A stretch of 64,000 nt of DNA from Candidatus Liptonbacteria bacterium (GCA_016204355.1 JACQKT010000016.1:47269-111268); one strand, 5' to 3'; counted from the first letter of the stretch, positions 8,535 through 19,068 are shown. Numbers and translations: made by a program. Notes: generated from the sequence alone by a model not told the origin.

Positions 8535-10058
8535 ATGAATATTTCGTTTCCGCTTTTGGCAGGCGGGGTGGTTTTGGGTTTGTTAATAGGGTATTGGGCG
8601 AGGCATTTTCTGGCTTCGAAGCAGGCAGGCTCAATTGAGAGAAAAAGCAAGGAAGCCCTCGAAGAGGCCGAATCTAGATCCAAAAAAATAGTTTTGAGCG
8701 CGGAGGAAAAAGCCGCGGCGGTTTTGGTTGAAGCGAAGGAAGACGAAAAGAAACGGCAGTCTGAGATACGAGAAATAGAAAAACGCCTCATGCAGCGGGA
8801 AGAATCGCTCGATAAAAAAATATATTCCCTCGAAGAAGGAGAAAGTTCCCTAAAGAAAAAGGAGGAGTCTCTGAAGGAGAAAGAAAACGAGATCGGAGAA
8901 CTGAAAAATAAAATACAAAAAGAACTCGAGAAGGTAAGCGGCATAGGCAGAGAAGAGGCGAAAGCAGCGCTTTTCAAGGAAGTCGAGGACCAAAGCAGAA
9001 AAGATCTGGCCGAAACATTGCAGAAACTAGACCGCGAAAGAAAGGAAGAAGTCGAAAAGAAGGCGGTGGATATAATGACAACCGCGCTCCAACGTTACGC
9101 CCGTTCGCATATTTCCGAACTTACGACCACGCTCTTCCCTTTATCCGACGAGGAATTTAAAGGAAAAATAATAGGACGGGAGGGGAGGAATATCCGCGCA
9201 TTGGAACGCGCAACCGGAGTCGAGTTCGTGATAGACGAAACTCCGGATAGCGTTGTCATATCGTCTTTCGACCCGTTCCGCAGGGAGGTGGCAAGGCTTG
9301 CTTTGGCGAAGCTTGTTAAAGACGGACGCATACAGCCGGCGAAAATAGAAGAAAAAGTGGAGGAGGCAAAAGAAGAATTGCAAAAGAGGATGATAGAAAT
9401 AGGAGAAGAAGCCGCCGCAGAAATCGGGATTTACGATCTTCCAAAAGAAATAATCCAGCTTCTCGGCAGACTTAATTTCCGGACCAGTTTCGGACAGAAC
9501 GTTCTAACTCACTCCATAGAAATGGCCCACTTGGCAGGAATGATGGCGGCGGACCTGGGGCTCGATGTTCAGGTCGCCAAAAAGGGCGCCCTTCTTCACG
9601 ACATAGGAAAAGCGATAGACCACGAAGTCGAAGGGACGCATGTCGATCTCGGCAGGAAACTTCTGAAAAAATACGGGATAGACGAACGCGTTATCCAGGC
9701 GATGCAGTCGCACCATGAAGAATATCCATACGCGATTCCCGAGGCGTTCATAGTCACGGCGGTGGACGCACTGTCGGCTGCGAGACCGGGGGCGAGGCGT
9801 GGCACTCTCGAGAATTACGTGAAACGGCTTGCGGACCTCGAAAAAATAGCGGGAGAATTTCCCGGAGTGAAAAACGCGTACGCGATTTCCGCCGGACGCG
9901 AGCTGAGAGTTTTCGTCATTCCCGAAAAGATAGACGATTTCGGCGCGCTGGAATTGGCGCGCCAAATTGCCAATCGTATACAATCCGAGTTAAAATACCC
10001 CGGCGAGATAAAAGTAAACGTCATTCGCGAAGTCAGAGCGGTGGAGTATGCCAAGTAA
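8535..10058 (+). CDS. rny: Ribonuclease Y
   Basis: N-terminal TM, long coiled-coil, KH region (IIGREGRNIRALE), HD domain (LLHDIGKA...HH). Confidence 0.9.
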   Translation: MNISFPLLAGGVVLGLLIGYWARHFLASKQAGSIERKSKEALEEAESRSKKIVLSAEEKAAAVLVEAKEDEKKRQSEIREIEKRLMQREESLDKKIYSLEEGESSLKKKEESLKEKENEIGELKNKIQKELEKVSGIGREEAKAALFKEVEDQSRKDLAETLQKLDRERKEEVEKKAVDIMTTALQRYARSHISELTTTLFPLSDEEFKGKIIGREGRNIRALERATGVEFVIDETPDSVVISSFDPFRREVARLALAKLVKDGRIQPAKIEEKVEEAKEELQKRMIEIGEEAAAEIGIYDLPKEIIQLLGRLNFRTSFGQNVLTHSIEMAHLAGMMAADLGLDVQVAKKGALLHDIGKAIDHEVEGTHVDLGRKLLKKYGIDERVIQAMQSHHEEYPYAIPEAFIVTAVDALSAARPGARRGTLENYVKRLADLEKIAGEFPGVKNAYAISAGRELRVFVIPEKIDDFGALELARQIANRIQSELKYPGEIKVNVIREVRAVEYAK

Positions 10059-10141
10059 TATGGATTTAAAAATGGAGATTTATGATTTGTGAATGGGAAA
10101 AATCTTGATTCGTAAATCTTAAATCGTAAATCATCGACATC

Positions 10142-11542
10142 ATGCTTCTAAAATTCTCCAAATTTTTCCTATACGTTTCGCTTTTCAGCGTCTTGATAGT
10201 GATGATATCGACGTTCTTTCCTTTTATCGGAGGGAAGGATTATTTTTTCAGAACGGCGATACAATTGGCGCTGATTTTCTTCATTTTGTGGTGGGGATTT
10301 GAGGCCTCCGACGGAGAAGTTCTGGCGCGGCTGAAAGATATTTTCAGAAAGCCTCTGTTCGCAGCAGTTTCGGCGTTCGCTGCGGCTTTCATGCTGTCCA
10401 CGATTTTCGCATTCGATTCGCACGCCGCTTTCTGGTCCAATTACGAGCGAGGAGAAGGAGGATTCCAAATGCTTCATTACTATGCCTTATTTTTCCTTTT
10501 GGTTTTTCTTTTCAAAGAAAAAAAAGACTGGGAAAGGATTTTCTGGGTTTCCGTGATAGCGGCCGTAGGCATGATACTTTACGGAGTCGGCGCGGCGGTT
10601 TTCGTATCGAATCCCGACGGAAGCCTTTCCAATCCTTTCGGTTTTGTCGGGCCTTATTCCGATTCGGGAAAATTAACGGCGCCAACTTTTATAGGAAGAC
10701 TTTTTTACACGGAGCGATTCCAGGGGTCTCTCGGAAATCCGGCATATGTGGCTCCTTACCTGATGTTCGCGATTTTTTATCTTTTGTGGCTGTGGTTTTC
10801 CGAAAAAAATAAGACTTTGCCGAAAAAATTCGTATATGGAGGACTTGGAGCGCTGTTTTTGGTTTTTTTCCTTCTTTCCAAAACGAGAGGTACTTTTGTC
10901 GGCCTGGCGGGAGCCGTTTTCGTTTTCCTTCTTGTTTTGGCATTCAGTTATCCGAAATTAAGGAAATGGTTCGCGATTTTGATAGCGGCTTTGGCGATAA
11001 TTTTTGGTTCGCTTGTTTACTACAGGAATACGGATTTCGTGAAAAATCTTCCGGCAGGGCGGCTCTTCGATATCGAACTTACCGACAGAACCTTCCAGAC
11101 AAGGCTTTGGACATGGAATTCCGCGTGGCAGGGTTTTTTGGAGAAACCCTTATTGGGATGGGGTCCGGAAAACTTTTCGGGCGTTTTCGACAAATACTTC
11201 GATCCGCGCCATTTCATTCCGGGACAGAACTCGGAAACGTGGTTCGATTACGCGCACAGCATATTTTTCGACTATCTGGTTGAGCTGGGCCTGATAGGAT
11301 TCCTGAGCCACTTCGCGATATTCGCGATATTCTACTGGGAATGGTTTAGAAAATTCCGGCATAAAAACCCCCTTCTTAAGGCGTTGATAGTTTCTCTTCC
11401 CACAAGCTATCTGATACAGGGCTTGGCGCTTTTCAATGTTTTGCCGATATACATAAACCTCTTTTTGTTCCTCGCTTTCGCGTGTTACGAACTTTATTAT
11501 TCCAGGAACGAAACGGTCCATGAAATTTCAAGCGCAACATGA
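10142..11542 (+). CDS. O-antigen ligase/polymerase family membrane protein (Wzy_C-like)
   Basis: ~10-12 TM helices; SKTRGTFVGLAG loop motif; large periplasmic loop; 466 aa. Confidence 0.55.
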   Translation: MLLKFSKFFLYVSLFSVLIVMISTFFPFIGGKDYFFRTAIQLALIFFILWWGFEASDGEVLARLKDIFRKPLFAAVSAFAAAFMLSTIFAFDSHAAFWSNYERGEGGFQMLHYYALFFLLVFLFKEKKDWERIFWVSVIAAVGMILYGVGAAVFVSNPDGSLSNPFGFVGPYSDSGKLTAPTFIGRLFYTERFQGSLGNPAYVAPYLMFAIFYLLWLWFSEKNKTLPKKFVYGGLGALFLVFFLLSKTRGTFVGLAGAVFVFLLVLAFSYPKLRKWFAILIAALAIIFGSLVYYRNTDFVKNLPAGRLFDIELTDRTFQTRLWTWNSAWQGFLEKPLLGWGPENFSGVFDKYFDPRHFIPGQNSETWFDYAHSIFFDYLVELGLIGFLSHFAIFAIFYWEWFRKFRHKNPLLKALIVSLPTSYLIQGLALFNVLPIYINLFLFLAFACYELYYSRNETVHEISSAT

Positions 11543-12168
11543 ATCCCGAAATTAAAAAAATAATAGCCGTTTCGGTAACCATACTGATTGTGATAATCGC
11601 GTATTACGGAACCTATCTTCCGATGAGAAAATCGATGGTTTTTATAGACACAATGCAGCTTTCCGGCAGGGTCAGGACAATAACGGATTTCGAAAACGTT
11701 TTCTCTGTGCCGCTCGACTATCCTTCGCCGGTCGGGCAGGAAGAACTTGTTCGGAGCGTTGCAAACACCGTTGCGAACAACGTCAAAAATATTTCCGATC
11801 CCAGGGGCGTGGAGGAACTCATTGGCTTCATCGAGAAATACTACAACCCGATCATAGAAAGAGGGAGGGGAATGAGTTTCGGCCAGGATGTTTACATAAT
11901 GGGAATGATGAACGAATTCGCCTATTTGCAGACACGCGAACCGAAATATCTCCAAAATGCCGAAAGGTATTTCAAGCAGGAACAGGCTTTGGGACCAAAA
12001 CGCCCGCAATCCCTTTACGGACTTATGGATGTTTACAGGCTTGAGGGAAACGTGGATGAATTCAAAAAAATCGCGGAACAGGTTTTGCGCCAGTGGCCGA
12101 ACGACGCGAGAACAAAGACGTTTATCGAAGAAATGACGGAAAATTCGTCAGGCACGAAAACTCAATAA
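11539..12168 (+). CDS. Hypothetical membrane-anchored protein (N-terminal TM + helical/TPR-like soluble domain)
   Basis: ATGA overlap with the upstream gene; no recognisable catalytic motif. Confidence 0.4.
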   Translation: MNPEIKKIIAVSVTILIVIIAYYGTYLPMRKSMVFIDTMQLSGRVRTITDFENVFSVPLDYPSPVGQEELVRSVANTVANNVKNISDPRGVEELIGFIEKYYNPIIERGRGMSFGQDVYIMGMMNEFAYLQTREPKYLQNAERYFKQEQALGPKRPQSLYGLMDVYRLEGNVDEFKKIAEQVLRQWPNDARTKTFIEEMTENSSGTKTQ

Positions 12169-12172
12169 GAAA

Positions 12173-13201
12173 ATGTCCGAAGATAAAAAAAGAAAGGTTT
12201 CGCTCGTAACCGGAGCCACAGGCCAGGACGGGAGTTATCTGATAGAGCTACTTTTGGACAAAGGATATGAAGTTCACGGAATAATCCGGAGAGCGTCCAC
12301 TTTCAACACCTACAGGATTGACCACATTTTCCAGGACCCGCACGAGAAAAACTTGCGTCTGATATTGCATTACGGAGATCTTGCCGACGCAAACACCGTG
12401 CGTAAGCTTATATACGAAATCGAGCCGGACGAAATTTACAATCTAGGAGCGCAATCACACGTGCGCGTAAGTTTCGATATACCTGAGTATACCGCCAACA
12501 TAACGGGGCTCGGAACACTGCGCCTTCTTGAAGCGATAAAAGACTACGAAGAGCATACGGGGAAGAAAGTTAAATTTTACCAGGCAAGCTCGAGCGAGAT
12601 GTTCGGCGCTGCGAAACCCCCGCAGAACGAATCGACTGCGTTCCAGCCGAGAAGTCCGTATGGCGTTTCAAAGGTTTTTTCTTTTTACATCACCAAAAAT
12701 TACCGCGAAGCCTATGGGATTTTCGCGGTCAACGGAATTCTCTTTAATCACGAAAGCCCGCGCCGCGGAGAAACATTCGTAACGCGCAAAATAACCAGAG
12801 GAATCGCCAAGATAGTCGCCGGTCTGGAAAATAAAATTTATCTCGGCAATCTGGAAGCAAAAAGGGACTGGGGCTACGCCCCGGAGTACGTGGAGGCGAT
12901 GTGGCTCATGATGCAGCAGCCGAAGCCGGACGATTACGTGATAGGCACCGGAGAAAGCCATTCCGTAAAAGAATTTCTTGAAGAAGCTTTCAGGTGCGCA
13001 GGCGTAAAAGACTGGGGAAAATACGTAAGTATCGATCCCCGCTATTACCGCCCAACGGAAGTTGAGAATCTCGTTGCGGATTATGCCAAGGCGAGGGAAA
13101 AACTCGACTGGAAACCGAAAACGGGCTTCAAGGAGCTTGTGAAGATAATGGTTGACCATGACATGAAACAGTACGGTCCCGAAGCAAACGCCAAAAAGTG
13201 A
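12173..13201 (+). CDS. gmd: GDP-mannose 4,6-dehydratase
   Basis: [26 protein letters not shown] (YxxxK), [17 protein letters not shown] signature. Confidence 0.9.
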   Translation: MSEDKKRKVSLVTGATGQDGSYLIELLLDKGYEVHGIIRRASTFNTYRIDHIFQDPHEKNLRLILHYGDLADANTVRKLIYEIEPDEIYNLGAQSHVRVSFDIPEYTANITGLGTLRLLEAIKDYEEHTGKKVKFYQASSSEMFGAAKPPQNESTAFQPRSPYGVSKVFSFYITKNYREAYGIFAVNGILFNHESPRRGETFVTRKITRGIAKIVAGLENKIYLGNLEAKRDWGYAPEYVEAMWLMMQQPKPDDYVIGTGESHSVKEFLEEAFRCAGVKDWGKYVSIDPRYYRPTEVENLVADYAKAREKLDWKPKTGFKELVKIMVDHDMKQYGPEANAKK

Positions 13202-13710
13202 AAAAATTCCGTCCCGTAATAAAACCTATCCCGGAAAAAATTTATCGGATTGTCCATAATTCTTTGCCGATAGTCTGCGCGGACATCGTCGTTTCGGACG
13301 GCAGAGGCCGTTTTTTGATGGTTAAGAGGAAAAATGAACCGGAAAAAGGGAAATGGTGGTTTCCCGGAGGGCGCATCCTGAAAAACGAAACATTGAGAGA
13401 AGGAGCGATAAGAAAGCTCGCGGAGGAGACGGGTCTGAAGCCAAAAAGAGTGAAAGAACTCGGAGTTTACGAATATTTCAATCCCACAGGATATTTCCGC
13501 GGCACAAATACGCACGCGATAGCATTCCCTTTTTACATGGAAATTTCCGCAGCAAAAGTTAAACTCGACGCACAGAGTTCCGATTGGAAGTGGTTTGACA
13601 GGGCAAGCAGCGGCTGGCATCCTTACTTAAAATACTCTCTTAAAAGGGCTGGGTTTCCCTTAAAAGGGAAAAAAAGGAAAAAGGTAAAAATAACTTTTCC
13701 GAAACAATGA
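13198..13710 (+). CDS. gmm: Nudix hydrolase, GDP-mannose mannosyl hydrolase-like
   Basis: Nudix box [24 protein letters not shown]; position directly after gmd as in fucose/colitose clusters. Confidence 0.65.
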   Translation: MKKFRPVIKPIPEKIYRIVHNSLPIVCADIVVSDGRGRFLMVKRKNEPEKGKWWFPGGRILKNETLREGAIRKLAEETGLKPKRVKELGVYEYFNPTGYFRGTNTHAIAFPFYMEISAAKVKLDAQSSDWKWFDRASSGWHPYLKYSLKRAGFPLKGKKRKKVKITFPKQ

Positions 13711-14891
13711 TACGGCTCATTAAATACACGTTTTATCACGAGAACGAAACAAAGAAAAAACTGGCGGATTTTGTGGTTAAATCGAAACGTCTGAGTTTCG
13801 GTTCGGAATGCGAATCTTTCGAAAGGAATTTCGCCAAGTATCAGGGGAGAAAAGACGCCGTTATGTTCAATAGCGGAAGCTCGGCGAATTTGGCGCTCAT
13901 ACGCGCCTTGCTAAATTTGGGAATTCTCCGCAAAGGAGACGCCGTGGGATTTTCCGCTACAACCTGGTCCACCAATGTCATGCCGCTTATAGAGATGGGC
14001 CTTGAGCCGGTTCCCGTCGACGTGGAAATAGAAACGCTGAACGTATCGTCGGAAACTTTAAAAAAGGCCTTCAAACGCCGGCGGCTGAAAGGATTTTTCC
14101 TGACAAACGCGCTGGGATTTTGCGATGACATCGATAACATAAAAACTTTTTGCAAGCGGAATAAAATTGTTTTCATAGAAGACAATTGCGAAGCGTTAGG
14201 CAGCGTTTTCAAACGGAAAAAGCTCGGCAATTTCGGCCTTGCGGGCACTTTTTCTTTTTACGTCGGGCATCACATGCCGACCATAGAGGGAGGAGCGGTG
14301 GCGACTGACGACAAAGAACTCGCGGCGATGCTCCGCATCGTCCGCGCGCACGGATGGGACAGAAACCTCAAAGAAGCGGAAAGCAAAAAACTGCGCCGGT
14401 GCTTCAAAATAACGTCTCCTTTGTATGCCAAGTACACGTTTTACGATCTCGGATACAATCTTCGCCCTACGGAGATACAGGGGTTTCTCGGAAAAAATCA
14501 GCTCAAATTCCTTCCGGAGATAGTGAAAAAACGTCAGAATAATTTCATCTCGATCGGGCGACAAATATACAGGATGAAGAACAAATATGTTCCTATCGAA
14601 TACGGCCACATGGACGTCGTTTCCAATTTCACTTTTCCGGTGGTATGCCGTTCTGGCAGGATAATGGAAGAATTGGTCAAAAAGTGTGACAAAAAAATAG
14701 AAATAAGGCCTCTGATAGCAGGCGATATAACGCGCCAACCGTTTTTCAAAAAATACGTTAAGCGCTACGCCGATTCCAAAATGACGCCTAATGCGAAAAT
14801 CATCCATGAACGCGGAATTTATTTCGCGAACCATCCCGACCTGTCGGCGGCGGAAAAGAAAACAATAATCGATGTTTTCTCTAAAGGATAA
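13707..14891 (+). CDS. DegT/DnrJ/EryC1-family PLP enzyme with His in place of the Schiff-base Lys: GDP-4-keto-6-deoxy-D-mannose 3-dehydratase (ColD)-like
   Basis: The motif SFYVGHHMPTIEGG has Lys->His, as in ColD/E1 3-dehydratases. 394 aa with no C-terminal Fe-S Cys cluster, which argues against E1/RfbH. It sits between gmd/gmm and an Fcl-like reductase. Confidence 0.55.
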   Translation: MIRLIKYTFYHENETKKKLADFVVKSKRLSFGSECESFERNFAKYQGRKDAVMFNSGSSANLALIRALLNLGILRKGDAVGFSATTWSTNVMPLIEMGLEPVPVDVEIETLNVSSETLKKAFKRRRLKGFFLTNALGFCDDIDNIKTFCKRNKIVFIEDNCEALGSVFKRKKLGNFGLAGTFSFYVGHHMPTIEGGAVATDDKELAAMLRIVRAHGWDRNLKEAESKKLRRCFKITSPLYAKYTFYDLGYNLRPTEIQGFLGKNQLKFLPEIVKKRQNNFISIGRQIYRMKNKYVPIEYGHMDVVSNFTFPVVCRSGRIMEELVKKCDKKIEIRPLIAGDITRQPFFKKYVKRYADSKMTPNAKIIHERGIYFANHPDLSAAEKKTIIDVFSKG

Positions 14892-15807
14892 AAAAATACT
14901 TCTTACCGGCGGCTGGGGATTTTTGGGCAGCGTCGTAAAAGACACGCTTCTGGAGCGTGGCGTGGAAGAAAAAAACATTTATGCGCCGCGGAGCACAGAG
15001 ATGGATCTGAGGAAAGCTGATGATTGCCGCAAGGTTGTTTCCGGATGCGAAGCCGTAATTCACGTAGCCGGCACGGTTGGCGGAGTGGGATTCAACATAG
15101 AGCATCCGGCTATGGCGTTTTACGACAATGCGGCGATGTCGCTCAATCTTCTTGAAGCCTCACGCCTGGAAGGCGTTAAAAAATTCGTCGGCGTCGGTTC
15201 CGTCTGCGAATACCCCAAACTCACACCCGTTCCTTTCAGGGAAGACGACCTTTGGAGCGGGTATCCCGAGGAGACGAACGCCGCCTATGGTTTGGCAAAG
15301 AAAATGATGCTTGTGCAATCGCAGGCATACCGGGCGGAATACGGCTTCAACGCCGTACATTTGCTTTTCACCAATCTGTACGGGCCGGGGGACAATTTCG
15401 ACCTCAAAAATTCGCATGTTCTCGTGGCTCTTGTCAGAAAGGCCGTTGAAGCGGCCGAACGGGGCGACAAATTCATAGACGTTTGGGGGACCGGAAAGGC
15501 GACAAGGGATTTCCTTTATGTGGATGACGCGGCCGAGGCGATAGTTCTTGCGGCGGAAAAATATGACGGAGGAGAGCCGGTGAACGCAGGTAGCGGCCGC
15601 GAAATTTCCATAAAAGAATTGGCGGAGCTTATAATGCGCCTGGTAAAATTCAATGGAGAATTAAAATGGGATACTTCCAAGCCCGATGGACAGCCGCGGC
15701 GCATGCTCGACATTTCCCGCGCGAAAAATGAATTCGGGTTCGAAGCCAAGATGGCGCTTGAGGAAGGACTAAAAAGAACGATTGACTGGTATCTAAAGAC
15801 CCGCTAA
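14872..15807 (+). CDS. GDP-L-fucose synthase family epimerase/reductase (Fcl/ColC-like)
   Basis: ILLTGGWGFLGS, YGLAKK (YxxxK), DVWGTG...RDFLYVDD; typical Fcl architecture. Confidence 0.75.
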   Translation: MFSLKDKKILLTGGWGFLGSVVKDTLLERGVEEKNIYAPRSTEMDLRKADDCRKVVSGCEAVIHVAGTVGGVGFNIEHPAMAFYDNAAMSLNLLEASRLEGVKKFVGVGSVCEYPKLTPVPFREDDLWSGYPEETNAAYGLAKKMMLVQSQAYRAEYGFNAVHLLFTNLYGPGDNFDLKNSHVLVALVRKAVEAAERGDKFIDVWGTGKATRDFLYVDDAAEAIVLAAEKYDGGEPVNAGSGREISIKELAELIMRLVKFNGELKWDTSKPDGQPRRMLDISRAKNEFGFEAKMALEEGLKRTIDWYLKTR

Positions 15808-15821
15808 AATAACGCCCATCA

Positions 15822-16775
15822 ATGAGCGAATCGAGATTCAAAAAAATATTGGTGACGGGTGGCGCAGGATATGTCGGGACAAGCCTTGTTCCAGAACTTC
15901 TTAAGAACGGATACAAAGTCCGCGTTTTCGACAATCTCCGTTACGGAGGGGACGGATTGCTGCATTATTTCAGCGACAAGAATTTCGAGTTCGTCAAAGG
16001 AGACATCCGCGACAAAAAAGCGGTTGAAAAAGCCGTGGAGGGAACGGATGCGGTCATACATTTAGCCTGCATAGTCGGCTTTCCGGCCTGCAAAAAAGAG
16101 CCGGAACTTTCGCGCGAGATAAACGTCGGCGGAACAAAAAATCTCGTGGAAGCGACCAACGGGAGAGCCCCGATATTTTTCGCGTCAACAGGAAGCACGT
16201 ACGGACAGCTCAAAGAAGACCTTTGCACGGAAAACACACCGGTGAATCCGTTGAGCGATTACGGCAAGCATAAAGTCGAGGCGGAAGAAATAATCAAAAA
16301 CGGAAACAAAGGAGAATACGTGATTTACAGGTATGCCACCGCTTTCGGAGTTTCCGGAAGAATGCGCCTGGATCTTTTACCGAACGATTTTACCTACCGC
16401 GCCGTAAAAGAAAAAAGCCTAATTCTTTACGAAAAAACTTTTCTCCGAACTTTCATACACGTCCGCGATATGGCAAAATCCTTTTTGTTTGCTCTGGAAA
16501 ATTATGACAAAATGAAGGGCGAAATTTACAACGTCGGGGACAACAGCATGAATTGCAGCAAGGAAGATTTGGCGAAAATGATCCGCGAAAAGGTGGATTA
16601 TTATCTTCACTTTGCCGACGTGGGACACGACATCGACCAGCGTGATTATATGGTCTCTTACGAGAAAATAAGTAGTCTCGGTTTCCGCACGACGATTACT
16701 TTGCAGGAAGGAATAGATGAATTGATCAAAGCGGCCGAAGCGCTCGAAGTCAGGAACTCGTATTCCAACGTTTGA
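15822..16775 (+). CDS. NAD-dependent epimerase/dehydratase family protein (SDR)
   Basis: ILVTGGAGYVGT Rossmann motif, YGKHK catalytic YxxxK. Confidence 0.7.
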   Translation: MSESRFKKILVTGGAGYVGTSLVPELLKNGYKVRVFDNLRYGGDGLLHYFSDKNFEFVKGDIRDKKAVEKAVEGTDAVIHLACIVGFPACKKEPELSREINVGGTKNLVEATNGRAPIFFASTGSTYGQLKEDLCTENTPVNPLSDYGKHKVEAEEIIKNGNKGEYVIYRYATAFGVSGRMRLDLLPNDFTYRAVKEKSLILYEKTFLRTFIHVRDMAKSFLFALENYDKMKGEIYNVGDNSMNCSKEDLAKMIREKVDYYLHFADVGHDIDQRDYMVSYEKISSLGFRTTITLQEGIDELIKAAEALEVRNSYSNV

Positions 16776-16791
16776 TCGCGAAGCTCGTAAA

Positions 16792-16829
16792 AAATAAAAA
16801 CACCGCCGAACGGCGGTGTTTTTATTTAC
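16792..16829. terminator. Bidirectional intrinsic terminator between convergent genes
   Basis: A-run, CACCGCC-gaac-GGCGGTG hairpin, TTTTTATTT. Confidence 0.65.
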
Positions 16830-16842
16830 ATGCATATGTGAT

Positions 16843-17958
16843 TTACGCCTTTTGATAAAACTCCTTTATTTTTCCAACGACTTCATCTTTTTGTTCGCTG
16901 GTCAGCTGCGATGACGACGGAAGATAAAGTCCGTTGTCGCCGTAGTGATCCGCCCACGGGAATCTTTCGTCTTTCTGAAGATGCTGATAGACGGGCTGGC
17001 GGTGCATCGGGATGAAGAAAGTCCTTGTTTCTATTCCGTTTTCCGCGAGGAAATCCATAAGCTCGTCGCGTTTCGGCGCCAATAGGCCGAACATCCAGAA
17101 AACCGAAAAAGTGTCCGGTTTTTCGGGGAACAAAGTCAGTCCGGGAACATCTTTTAGTCCGTTTATATAATATTGGGCATTTGTTCTCCTTTTCCCTACC
17201 AGTTCATCAAACCGCTTTAGCTGCGCGGAGCCGAGCGCCGCGTTCAGCGCGGGATAACGGAGATTGAAAGCGACGGTCTTGTGCCAGAAATGCATGTCGT
17301 CGTTGAAATCATAGCTCTTCATGTGGTTAAGGGCGTTCGCTAGAGAATCGTCATTTGTAAGAATTACTCCTCCTTCGCCGGAACTGATTATCTTGTTTGC
17401 GAAAAGCGAGAAGCAGCCGGCAATGCCGAAAGTTCCCGCCATTTTGCCCTTGTATTTCGCGCCGTGAATTTCGGCGGCGTCTTCGACTACGTGAAGATTG
17501 TGCTTTTTCGCGATTTCCATTATTGGGTCCATGTCGCACGGTTCGCCGTAAATATGCACCGGCATTATCGCTTTGGTTCTCGGAGTTATTTTTTCCTCGA
17601 TTTTTTTCGGGTCCATATTGAAACTCTGCTCGGAAGAATCCACAAAAACAGGAATCGCGCCGCAGTGGCTTGCCGCCGCCGGACTCGCGACCATCGTGAA
17701 CGAAGGCATAATGACTTCATCTCCTTCTTTTACGCCGAGAGCTTTCAATACGATAAAAAGCGCGGAACCGCCGGAATTAACGGCGATTGCGTGTTTCATT
17801 CCAAATTTTTCAGCGAATTCTTTCTCGAAACGTTTGACCGGCGGCGCGAAGCCTGAAACGTAATTGTTTTTAATGGCCTCGGTTACGTATTCTATTTCAA
17901 GATTGCTCAAGTCCGGCTCGCATACTCTTATTTTTATCGGCGGATATTCTTTTTTCAT
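16843..17958 (-). CDS. DegT/DnrJ/EryC1/StrS aminotransferase (NDP-4-keto-6-deoxyhexose 4-aminotransferase; GDP-perosamine synthase-like by context)
   Basis: SLFANKIISSGEGG retains the catalytic Lys; co-oriented immediately downstream of the second gmd. Confidence 0.7.
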   Translation of the reverse strand: MKKEYPPIKIRVCEPDLSNLEIEYVTEAIKNNYVSGFAPPVKRFEKEFAEKFGMKHAIAVNSGGSALFIVLKALGVKEGDEVIMPSFTMVASPAAASHCGAIPVFVDSSEQSFNMDPKKIEEKITPRTKAIMPVHIYGEPCDMDPIMEIAKKHNLHVVEDAAEIHGAKYKGKMAGTFGIAGCFSLFANKIISSGEGGVILTNDDSLANALNHMKSYDFNDDMHFWHKTVAFNLRYPALNAALGSAQLKRFDELVGKRRTNAQYYINGLKDVPGLTLFPEKPDTFSVFWMFGLLAPKRDELMDFLAENGIETRTFFIPMHRQPVYQHLQKDERFPWADHYGDNGLYLPSSSQLTSEQKDEVVGKIKEFYQKA

Positions 17959-18020
17959 TGGTTATTAGTTTTGGGTTTAGGCGCCGGTTTTTCGCATGCG
18001 CCGGCGGCCACAACTAAAAC
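17959..18020 (-). repeat. Intercistronic hairpin repeat, copy 1 (full, exactly fills stop-to-start gap)
   Basis: Minus strand reads GTTTTAGTTGTGGCCGCCGG...ACCGGCGCCTAAACCCAAAACT...ATG; homologous to 31408-31463. Confidence 0.7.
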
Positions 18021-18998
18021 TTATTTTTTGTCGACCATCTCGCGCTTCGCTTCTTTCAAATCGTGCTCGAGCATTATCTTTATAAGTTCTTTGAATTTTA
18101 CTTTGGGGTCGAACCCGAAGGCATTTTTTGCCTTGGAAATATCACCGAAAAGTATCGTATTCGTAGCCGGCCGCAAAAATTTAGGATTTACCTTGACGTA
18201 TTTCGACGGGTCTAAATTCACCTGTCTGAAAGTTTCATCGACGAACTCCTGGACCGAGTGCGTTTCGCCCGTTGAAATTATGTAATCGTCGGCCTTCGGC
18301 TGCTGCAAAATGCTCCAGGCGGCTTCCATGTATTCTTTCGAATAACCCCAGTCGATTTTGGCGGAAAGGTCGCCGAGCTCGAGAGCATTCTGGAGACCGA
18401 GCGATATTCTGGCGGCGGCTTTGGTAACTTTTCTCGAAAGGTATTCATCCGGCCGGCGGGGAGATTCATGATTGTAAAAAATCGCCGTGCCCACGAACAT
18501 GTCGTAGGTTTCGCGGTAAAACCTGCTGATTACCGCCGCCAGAACTTTGGCGCAGGCGTACGGGCTTTGCGGCTGGAAGTCCGTATTTTCCGTCTGCGGG
18601 ATATCTGTCGTTTTTCCGAACATGTGAGAAGACAGCGGCTGGAACACTTTTATTTTCGGATTGAGCTGGCGGATTATCTCAAGAAGGCGTCCCACAGCCG
18701 CTCCCGTCACGTTGTACTGAAAATCAACGGCCTCGAAACTCCAGCCGACGTGGTCCTGGTCGGCTTCGTTATAAATTTCGTCCGGCTGAACAGTCGTTAT
18801 TATTCTGTAAAGAGAAGTCGAATCCAAAATATCGCCGCGGTGAAGCGTAATCTTATCCGTAAAATGTTCGATGTTCCGCGTATTGCCGGTCGCGGTTTTC
18901 CGGTACATGCCGTGGACTTCGTATCCTTTCTCCAAGAGCACTTCCGCGAGATAAGAACCATCCTGTCCTGTAACGCCGAGAATCAGAGCTTTTTTCAT
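18021..18998 (-). CDS. GDP-mannose 4,6-dehydratase paralog (divergent; His replaces the catalytic Glu)
   Basis: [35 protein letters not shown]. The active-site stretch reads LSSHMFG instead of SSEMFG. Confidence 0.7.
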   Translation of the reverse strand: MKKALILGVTGQDGSYLAEVLLEKGYEVHGMYRKTATGNTRNIEHFTDKITLHRGDILDSTSLYRIITTVQPDEIYNEADQDHVGWSFEAVDFQYNVTGAAVGRLLEIIRQLNPKIKVFQPLSSHMFGKTTDIPQTENTDFQPQSPYACAKVLAAVISRFYRETYDMFVGTAIFYNHESPRRPDEYLSRKVTKAAARISLGLQNALELGDLSAKIDWGYSKEYMEAAWSILQQPKADDYIISTGETHSVQEFVDETFRQVNLDPSKYVKVNPKFLRPATNTILFGDISKAKNAFGFDPKVKFKELIKIMLEHDLKEAKREMVDKK

Positions 18999-19068
18999 TG
19001 AAATAAAAAGTGCCTTTATCTTACAAAAAGTTTTATAAAAGTAAAAGGGTTGGCAAACAAAGCAGTTT

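Noticed and set aside
10108-10132. 9-bp direct repeat TCGTAAATC x2 upstream of the O-antigen-ligase-like gene
   Set aside because: Too short and AT-rich to distinguish from chance in an AT-rich spacer; noted only.
13707-14891. Calling the Lys->His DegT protein CDP-6-deoxy-4-hexulose 3-dehydrase (E1/RfbH)
   Set aside because: It is ~394 aa without the C-terminal cysteine cluster for the E1 [2Fe-2S] centre, and the neighbours are GDP-mannose enzymes rather than CDP-glucose enzymes.
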